From Armatimonadota bacterium (GTDB lineage Bacteria > Armatimonadota > SYMT01): a stretch of 64,000 nucleotides of DNA. Below are positions 57,337 to 64,000 of the stretch, piece by piece; within the stretch, counting starts at the first letter, position 1, and each line of letters starts with the position of its first letter. The stretch spans positions 32,001 to 96,000 of the forward strand of contig JAWLHY010000018.1 of NCBI GenBank assembly GCA_041690135.1. The letters are read 5' to 3'. The notes below the pieces were generated by a model. That model was not told the origin of the DNA and made no database searches. It saw only the letters and a list, made by a program, of their open reading frames with translations. Position numbers and translations under genes: made by a program.

Positions 57337-58191
57337 ATGGAAACACAACCACGCAACGCAAACCAGTCGCGGGGTCGCGCCGCGGGCTTACCCGTGGATG
57401 CGGTTGTACTGGCCGGGTCGATCAATCGGATACCCCTCTTCCCCGGCAATCGTCCGGGCCGGAAAGCCCTGGTGCCAATCCAGGGCCGGCCGATGATCGC
57501 CTATGTGCTTGATGCCCTGAAGGAAGCGCGTTCGGTGGGACGGGTACTGGTGGTCGGATCGCCGGAAGTGCTGGAGTATGCGACCCGGTGGCCGCAGGTT
57601 GACGGGCTGCTGGAAGGCTCCTCGCTGGTAGACAATGCCTGGCGCGGGTTGGAAGCTTCTTCGGGCGAACGCGTGTTGTTCTGCAATCCGGATCAGCCGC
57701 TGCTGACGGCGGAGATGGTAGATTGCTTCGTGGAGCAGGCGGTGCGGCAGGACGCCGACCTCGTCACGAGCTGGGCTCGCCTGGAAAACCTGGGGCCCTA
57801 TACCGAAGGTGACCACAAGTTCGCGAAGTTCGGTGATGGCGAGTACGCGCATGGCAACCTCTTTCTGGCGCGCCGGCGATTCCCGAATGCCCCACAGGTA
57901 CGTCGCCGGTTGGACCGGTTGTACGGGGCGCGGAAAAACATGTACCGCTTCGCTTGGGAACTGGGCCCCTCCCTGTTTCTGCGGTTCCTCGTTTCCCTGC
58001 TCTGCAGGCGTCTTCCGTCGCTGGATAAATCCCTGGAAATCGGCGGTCGTAGCTTCGGCATCACGATGACCGGCGTGGTGTGTCCCCATCCGGAGATCGT
58101 CCTGGACATCGACGAGCCGGAAGACTACGCCGCCGCGGAACGGTACCTTTCCTGGCAGGAGCCGTCACAGGCGGCCGCGGGTCGCCGGTAA
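57337..58191 (+). CDS. MobA-like NTP transferase family protein
   Basis: DAVVLAG, KALVPI.GRPMI.YV..AL, D.PL, GNLF, PEI..DID.P.D. Confidence 0.85.
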   Translation: METQPRNANQSRGRAAGLPVDAVVLAGSINRIPLFPGNRPGRKALVPIQGRPMIAYVLDALKEARSVGRVLVVGSPEVLEYATRWPQVDGLLEGSSLVDNAWRGLEASSGERVLFCNPDQPLLTAEMVDCFVEQAVRQDADLVTSWARLENLGPYTEGDHKFAKFGDGEYAHGNLFLARRRFPNAPQVRRRLDRLYGARKNMYRFAWELGPSLFLRFLVSLLCRRLPSLDKSLEIGGRSFGITMTGVVCPHPEIVLDIDEPEDYAAAERYLSWQEPSQAAAGRR

Positions 58192-58203
58192 GTCCGGCAA
58201 CCC

Positions 58204-59307
58204 CTACGCCGGCGGGGCTTCGGGGTTCTGGATCAGCGCCGCGCGGACCAGGAGATACTCGGAGACGTTCTCCGTAGTCAGCAGTCCGCAGAGCCGGTCC
58301 GCAGTGTGGACCGGCACGATCGTTGCCCCCTCTCCGGCCATGCGGTCCATCACCTCCTGGAGCGCCATGTCGGGTGGAACGGGGGGCGGCGCCGGCTCCA
58401 TGACCTCGCTAACGTAGACCGCACGTCCCCCGTGTGCCAGGGCCTCCAGGAGGCGGCGACGGGTCAACACGCCCACCACTTGCTGGCTGCCCACCCAATC
58501 GGTGACCGGGAAGTCCTGTTGTGTTCCGGCGAGGAGCAGGTCCACGGCACGCCCGAGTTGGTCGCCGCGCGTGAGCGTATGAAACTCCGTCAGCATCGCC
58601 TCCCGTACCGGCACGCCTTCCACAAAGCTCTGTGTCTGCACGCGGAGATGCTCTTCCGAGGCACCCATGAAGATGAAGATGGCGATCAACGTCAACATCA
58701 GGTTCGGGCCGGTCAGGCCGAGGAAGCCCAGGAAGAAAGCCACCAGTTGCCCGAGTTGGGCCGCCATCTGCGTGGCCCGCGGATAGGGCATCCGCCGGGC
58801 GAGGAGCGCGCGGAAGACGCGCCCGCCATCCATCGGAAAGGCGGGGAGCAGGTTGGACAGGCCGAGCATCAGGTTGACGTAAGCCAGTTTTCCCAGCAGG
58901 GCTCCAGGGGCGTCCATCAGCCGCAACGGCGCTACGGCCGGCTCCCAGATCAGGTGGGCCGCATAGAACAGGGGGGCGAGGACGAAGTTCACCAGCGGTC
59001 CCGCAATGGCGACCCAGAACTCCTCCCGTGGATTCTTCGGAATGGTGGCCATCCGTGCCAGACCGCCGATCGGCAGGAGCGTGATGTCGAGCACGCGCAC
59101 CCCGTAACGCTGCGCCACGGCGCTGTGCCCCAACTCGTGGGCGAGGACGCAGGCGAACACACCCACGGAAAGAAAGAACAGCGTCAGGCTTCCGGACTGT
59201 ACCCCCAGCACCCCCAGCCAGCCGATCAGCAAGAGGAAAGTGAGGTGCAGGCGGATCGGGATTCCCAGGATCTTTGCAATTTGAATCGACCAGCTCATGA
59301 AGTACAC
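58204..59307 (-). CDS. M50 site-2 protease with tandem CBS domains
   Basis: HELGH, LLPIGG, AIAGP, NLLPAFPMDGGR, C-terminal CBS pair. Confidence 0.95.
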   Translation of the reverse strand: MYFMSWSIQIAKILGIPIRLHLTFLLLIGWLGVLGVQSGSLTLFFLSVGVFACVLAHELGHSAVAQRYGVRVLDITLLPIGGLARMATIPKNPREEFWVAIAGPLVNFVLAPLFYAAHLIWEPAVAPLRLMDAPGALLGKLAYVNLMLGLSNLLPAFPMDGGRVFRALLARRMPYPRATQMAAQLGQLVAFFLGFLGLTGPNLMLTLIAIFIFMGASEEHLRVQTQSFVEGVPVREAMLTEFHTLTRGDQLGRAVDLLLAGTQQDFPVTDWVGSQQVVGVLTRRRLLEALAHGGRAVYVSEVMEPAPPPVPPDMALQEVMDRMAGEGATIVPVHTADRLCGLLTTENVSEYLLVRAALIQNPEAPPA

Positions 59308-59373
59308 TCCTAATCCCAGGATAACCGTTCCGGTCGTGTTTACTTCGATCGAAGGCTGCCCTATTATTAGCCT

Positions 59374-59979
59374 GTGACGCCAGAAGAGACGAAACTGCTG
59401 CCCGAGCTCACCGAGCGAATCGGTACCGGACTGGTGCGCCTTTCCCAGGGAATGCGGGGCATGCTATGGAACCAGGCGCGGCAGGAGGGACTCTCCCCCA
59501 GCCAGGCCCAGGCGCTTCTGGCGCTGCAGTCCTCACCGGAACCGCTTACCGTGGGTTCCCTTGCCGAGCAGTTTGGGATCGCCGCGCCGACCGCCAGCGA
59601 GCTGGCGGGCACCCTGGAGCGGAAGGGATACATCGAGCGGCGGCACTCCACGACCGATCGACGCCAGGTCCATCTGTGTCTGACCGATGCGGGGGAGATG
59701 CTGGCGGGCCGCCTCATTGGCTGGAACGGTCTGCTGGGTGAAGCCATTGAGAGCCTGCAGGTCGAGGACCGCGAGGCGTTCTACCGCACCCTGCTCTCTC
59801 TCCTCTCCACCCTGGAGCGTTCCGGCGCCGTTCACGCCCACGCCTGCCCCGCCTGTGCGTACTTCAGCGCGTGTTGCGGCGGCTCCGACGAGCGAGTGCA
59901 TCTCTGCTCCCTTACCCAGACCCGGATGATCGATGCCGAGCTCCGCGTCGACTGCCCGGATTTCATCCTCCAGTCGTAA
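59374..59979 (+). CDS. MarR-family regulator with a Cys-rich C-terminal domain
   Basis: GLSPSQ, LERKGYIER...DRR....LT.AG; C-terminal CxxC..CC..HxC..DC.D. Confidence 0.88.
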   Translation: MTPEETKLLPELTERIGTGLVRLSQGMRGMLWNQARQEGLSPSQAQALLALQSSPEPLTVGSLAEQFGIAAPTASELAGTLERKGYIERRHSTTDRRQVHLCLTDAGEMLAGRLIGWNGLLGEAIESLQVEDREAFYRTLLSLLSTLERSGAVHAHACPACAYFSACCGGSDERVHLCSLTQTRMIDAELRVDCPDFILQS

Positions 59980-60158
59980 CCTCGACCGGCGGAGTGTGGG
60001 GCATTTGGGCGCACCGCCGGCTCGGTACTGAGTTTTCGCTCTGCTCAGGGTTTCTGAGCGTTCCCGCGTATCTCTGCTTGCCGACCGGCGATATCCTGGG
60101 GTAGAAATACTTCGGAATACGAATTATTCGGAGTCCGAATGACTGCCAGGAGGGTAGG

Positions 60159-60977
60159 TTGAGCCAGGAGTTCGTGGGTTCGGTTTCCGCGCTGATCCAG
60201 CGCTCGCGTCGCCCCGCGCGATCCGAGGAACGGGAATTGATCCGGCGTGCCCAGGCCGGTGACGAGCAGGCCCGGCGCGCGCTGATCGAAGGCAATCTGC
60301 GTCTGGTGTTGTACGTGGCCCGGCGCTACCAGTCGAGCAGCCTGACCCAGGAGGACCTCCTCCAGGAGGGTGTGGTGGGACTCATCGACGCCCTGGAGCG
60401 GTACGATTCATCCGCGGGTCATAGCTTCAGTTCCTACGCCGTGCCATGGATTCGTCTCCGCATCGGCCGGGCGGTTTACCGGATGGGGCGCCTCATCCGG
60501 GTACCGGAACGGAGCGAGCGGCTCCTGGCGCGTTGGCATCAGATCTGTGAAGCGGCCCAGGAGCGAAACGAGCCTCCCCCCTCCCTTGAGGACGGCGCGG
60601 CAATGTTGGGTGTGACGCCCGATACTCTGGTCGCCATGATCGAGGCCAGCGCACCCACTGCCTGCCTCTACCCCGCCGATGGTGATGATGATGCCCCGCA
60701 GGTGGCGGAGCTCGTCGCGGACGACCGGGCTGCCGATCCGCTGACGGAGCTTCTGCAGACTGAAGAATGGCGGGAGATTCGCGCCGCGCTTGCCGAGTTG
60801 CGCCCGAACTACCGGCGGGTGATCGAGGAGAGCTACGGCCTCAACGACGGTGAGCCGCAGACGCTCAACGACATTGCCCACCGCTTGGGAGTCACCAAGC
60901 AGGCCGTGAGCGGTCTTCGGAAGCGCGCCCTGGAGTCTCTGCGGGCCGCCATGAACCTTCAGGCCGGGTGTGCCTGA
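60159..60977 (+). CDS. Alternative sigma-70 family factor (regions 1.2/2/3/4)
   Basis: LIEGNLRLV..VARRY, DLLQEG..GL..A.ERYD, FSSYA..WIR, TL.DIA..LGVT...V. Confidence 0.92.
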   Translation: MSQEFVGSVSALIQRSRRPARSEERELIRRAQAGDEQARRALIEGNLRLVLYVARRYQSSSLTQEDLLQEGVVGLIDALERYDSSAGHSFSSYAVPWIRLRIGRAVYRMGRLIRVPERSERLLARWHQICEAAQERNEPPPSLEDGAAMLGVTPDTLVAMIEASAPTACLYPADGDDDAPQVAELVADDRAADPLTELLQTEEWREIRAALAELRPNYRRVIEESYGLNDGEPQTLNDIAHRLGVTKQAVSGLRKRALESLRAAMNLQAGCA

Positions 60978-60987
60978 CACATAAGTC

Positions 60988-62367
60988 TTATCGTGGCGAG
61001 GCGGGGCGGTGGCGGGGGATTTCCGCCTTGAAGTCGCCGAGGCTGGACCAGTGGGTTCGCTTGTTGAGATCGACTTCGGCGACGGCGACGGTCCCCCACT
61101 CTTTCGCCTGAGCGAGCGGCCGGCCGTCGTGGCCGTAGACGGCGGAGATCATCCAGTCCTGGGACACGTCCGTGTAGGTGCTGCTGATCAGGTAGACGTG
61201 GTTCTCGCACGCCCGCGCGGCACCGAGAAGCGGATTGCAGCCCCACACCGGCCAGGCGATGATCTCCGCGCCCCGATTGGTCAATTCGCGGGCCACCTCG
61301 GGGAAGAAGCCGTCGTAGCAAACCATCATCCCAATTTTCCCGAAGCGGGTCTGGAATACGGGGTACTCATGGCCCGGAGTGATGCCCCCTTCGATCTCCC
61401 CACGCGGTAGGCAAACCTTCCGATACTTGCCGGCTACCTTACCATCGGGGCCCAGCAGCACCGCCACGTTGTACACCAGGTGCCGGTCGCGCTCCAGCAG
61501 GCCGGCGACGATGTACAGCCCGTGTTTGCGCGCCAGACCGCCGAAGTACTCGGTCGAGGGCCCCGGCACTGGCTCGGCGCACTCCGCAAAACTCTTGCCG
61601 GTCCCGTAGAAGGTGAGGGTTTCCGGCAGCACCACGAGATCCGCCTTCTTGCGGGCGGCTTCCTCAATCAAGGGCGCAAAGAGGCGGCATTTGTCCGCCG
61701 GAGTCTTGCCCTCGCGAGGAAGATAGTGCACCGTGGCCAGGCGGACCACTCGCGGCGCGGGAGCGGGTACCTCCTGGAGGGAAACCTCGCTCCATTCCAC
61801 CGTGGCGTGGGGCGCCCAGCGAAACTCCAGTTCCACCACCGCACGGGTCGCCCCTTTCGGTACGGGATAGGTGTCCGCCACCTCCACCCACCCGGGAGCC
61901 ACTTCTCGACCGTCGCTCGGATACTCCGGCTCCGAACGAGGCACCTTGCCCGGCTGGAAACTCACTGCAGCGGGCTCGTCACGCATGACCGGCCGCCCCT
62001 GGTCGTCGGTCCAGAGCACCCGGGCTACGGCTACCCGCCGCGGCGACTCTACGCTCTTCGCCCGGCGCAGCGCGGAGAAGCGGTAGTACTTGCCGCCCCG
62101 AACGGGGTAGGTGCGAGTCCAGCGTCCCTGGAGCCCTTCCCGGCTATCGGCCCGGATGACGAAGCTCCCCTTGCGGTGCGGCCCGCCCGCCGGGTCGTAG
62201 GCAAACTCCGGCCGGATCTCGTCACGCGGAGCAGCGGTCTCCCACCCATCCGGCGCGGCCGGATTGGCTCCCGCTGCGCCCATTCCCTCAACGGCGGCAA
62301 CGAGCAGGAGCGCCGCAGTGAGGAGCAACGGTAGCGCGGGCTGTGAGATGGAGTTCCAGGTAGACAT
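60988..62367 (-). CDS. Exported carbon-nitrogen hydrolase (nitrilase superfamily) with an N-terminal beta-sandwich domain
   Basis: Signal peptide; E-K-C triad in LPET, YRK and VCYD.FFPE. Confidence 0.9.
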   Translation of the reverse strand: MSTWNSISQPALPLLLTAALLLVAAVEGMGAAGANPAAPDGWETAAPRDEIRPEFAYDPAGGPHRKGSFVIRADSREGLQGRWTRTYPVRGGKYYRFSALRRAKSVESPRRVAVARVLWTDDQGRPVMRDEPAAVSFQPGKVPRSEPEYPSDGREVAPGWVEVADTYPVPKGATRAVVELEFRWAPHATVEWSEVSLQEVPAPAPRVVRLATVHYLPREGKTPADKCRLFAPLIEEAARKKADLVVLPETLTFYGTGKSFAECAEPVPGPSTEYFGGLARKHGLYIVAGLLERDRHLVYNVAVLLGPDGKVAGKYRKVCLPRGEIEGGITPGHEYPVFQTRFGKIGMMVCYDGFFPEVARELTNRGAEIIAWPVWGCNPLLGAARACENHVYLISSTYTDVSQDWMISAVYGHDGRPLAQAKEWGTVAVAEVDLNKRTHWSSLGDFKAEIPRHRPASPR

Positions 62368-62393
62368 GGCTTATTGTTCTTGGGGTTCCGGAT

Positions 62394-62515
62394 CTCCCCG
62401 GATAGAAATCCGGGACCGACTGACCGAGGTCCGCGCTCACACCGGCTCGCGGGCCGCCTCCCCGGATTGAAATCCGGGGCTGACTGACCGAAGTCCGCCT
62501 GCGCGGACTCACACG
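62394..62515. repeat. REP-like palindromic element, two 41-bp copies
   Basis: 62394-62434 and 62458-62498 differ at 4 positions. Each has a cccggat-Ngaa-atccggg hairpin; the second is followed by agtccgc-ctgc-gcggact. Confidence 0.8.
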
Positions 62516-62592
62516 ATACGGTAACGTCTGGCTGAATCAGCGGCTGCGGCCATATCCTTTGTCATTTCATGCGCCGATCGGTTTCCTCTCGT

Positions 62593-63750
62593 TTAAAGCG
62601 GTTCGAACTGGAAATCGCGGATCACGACTTCCGCCTCCTGCCCGTTTTGCGGCGCCGGACCCGACAGCCAGAAGTTGATCCGGACTTTCTCGTCTCCTGC
62701 CTGGGGGATGCCGTTGGTGAGAGTTGCCTCGTGAATGACCTGCCCTGGGGAGCCGTCCGGTCCCAGCCGGCTGCTGCGGAACGCGACCGCATCCGGGGCC
62801 CAGGTGAACTGATGCGTCGAGCCCTGCACCTCCGGCCCGAGGATGAACCGGGAGATGTTGCGGGGATCTGTGAACGGCTGGACCACGAACTGCGCATTCG
62901 CGTTGGCCGGATTGCCCCACCTGGAGAGCTCAACATCGATTTCGCGATGACTGAAAGACGATTCCCGGCTGTAGGTGAACAGTCCAACCACGACGTTGGG
63001 ATCCAGCGCGTCCGCCGGAGTCTCCACATCAAACCGGTAGGTCCCGTAGCCGAAACTCTGGAGCGAAACGATCTCGGCGCACTTCCACACGCGCCCCTGC
63101 CGCGTGATGCGCAAATGGAGCTTGCCATCACTGTCGAGGCGAACATTGCGGCGGGATCCGGAGAACAGGTTAGGACCGGGGCCAATGGGGGCGGGGCAGG
63201 TCTTGGCTACCCAGTCGTAGCCGGCGAAGCGAATCCGCGGAGCGTTTGCCGGATGGCTCCCGGCAGAGGCCAGCACGTCGCCCCCCACCGGTGGTAGTCC
63301 GGAAAGGACGGGCGCGGGGCGATATCCGGCACGGACCAGCAGGGCGTGATACTCGCAGCCCAGATGGGTGCGGCTCTTCCAGCGCCCATTCGGAGCGATC
63401 CGGATCAGCGGATTTGCGGTGGTCGGCTGCACATAGAGCTGGTCCACAAGCGCGTACAACACCACCCGGTGGTCACGGGGATCCACGCCTTCCACTTTGC
63501 CTTGAACGATGCCTTTGGCGCCAGGCCCGGCCCCGGCGCGGGGACTGCGGGTGATGGTGATGACCGGCGCTTCAAGACCCGCCGGGCGAGTGGCCGGCGA
63601 CGCGGTGACTACCGGGACCGCCAGTGCGGTCATAAGGGCAACGACCAGGGGAAAGTGCTGCCCGCGGCGGGGAAACGACCGACCGCCCAGGTGCGCGCGA
63701 GGGAGCATGGAACAACCCTCCAGACCATTAGCACGTGGATTGCCTTCCAT
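62593..63750 (-). CDS. GH16-like glycoside hydrolase domain protein, probably exported
   Basis: EIDVE (ExDxE) motif, GYGTY.F, hydrophobic leader. The start codon is uncertain. Confidence 0.75.
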   Translation of the reverse strand: MEGNPRANGLEGCSMLPRAHLGGRSFPRRGQHFPLVVALMTALAVPVVTASPATRPAGLEAPVITITRSPRAGAGPGAKGIVQGKVEGVDPRDHRVVLYALVDQLYVQPTTANPLIRIAPNGRWKSRTHLGCEYHALLVRAGYRPAPVLSGLPPVGGDVLASAGSHPANAPRIRFAGYDWVAKTCPAPIGPGPNLFSGSRRNVRLDSDGKLHLRITRQGRVWKCAEIVSLQSFGYGTYRFDVETPADALDPNVVVGLFTYSRESSFSHREIDVELSRWGNPANANAQFVVQPFTDPRNISRFILGPEVQGSTHQFTWAPDAVAFRSSRLGPDGSPGQVIHEATLTNGIPQAGDEKVRINFWLSGPAPQNGQEAEVVIRDFQFEPL

Positions 63751-64000
63751 TTTACCGCCGTTGCAGGCGGTTCCGCACGCCAGGTGATCCGGGCTGTATC
63801 CTATCGAGCAGAGGAGAGGCAGTTTACCCGTGAGGCGAACTGCCTTGGGTGGAACTCGCGCGAGCCTGGGAACACGAGAGGTCGGCTCACCCGGTTTGGC
63901 GCGTCGAACTAGGGATTGCGAGCCAGCTTGTTCCTGTCGGAAGCGGAATCGCCTTCTCTGCTTCTAATGGACCCGGCAGAAGGATTGCGCGCGGCGATGT

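Noticed and set aside
62394-62498. Two palindromic 41-bp direct repeats as a mini-CRISPR array
   Set aside because: Only two copies with a 23-bp gap, similarity extends past the repeat, and no cas genes are present; a REP-like element fits better

Overview
High-GC bacterial chromosomal window. The protein repertoire suggests Armatimonadota or a similar terrestrial lineage; this is inference only. I count about 45 CDS and see no rRNA, tRNA, CRISPR array, transposase or phage genes. Contents: a pepA fragment, a hybrid histidine kinase, an M48 protease, two tandem giant secreted SBBP-propeller/fibronectin-III proteins, a CDF metal transporter, metF, a Cph1/Rcp1-like signalling trio, nadA, a 10-kb sugar/amino-sugar enzyme cluster, a large GH99-like multidomain protein, rpmH-rnpA-yidD-yidC-jag without an adjacent dnaA, and a run of small redox, envelope and regulatory genes. 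The strongest signal missed by the ORF track is two genes interrupted by an in-frame TGA exactly at a redox-active Cys position, each followed by a bacterial SECIS-like hairpin: a DCC1/DUF393-family protein (CGMU, 20115-20483) and an ArsC/Spx-family protein (UTTC, 56280-56624). Both are probable selenoproteins. All product calls come from motif recognition by eye; no database searches were run.
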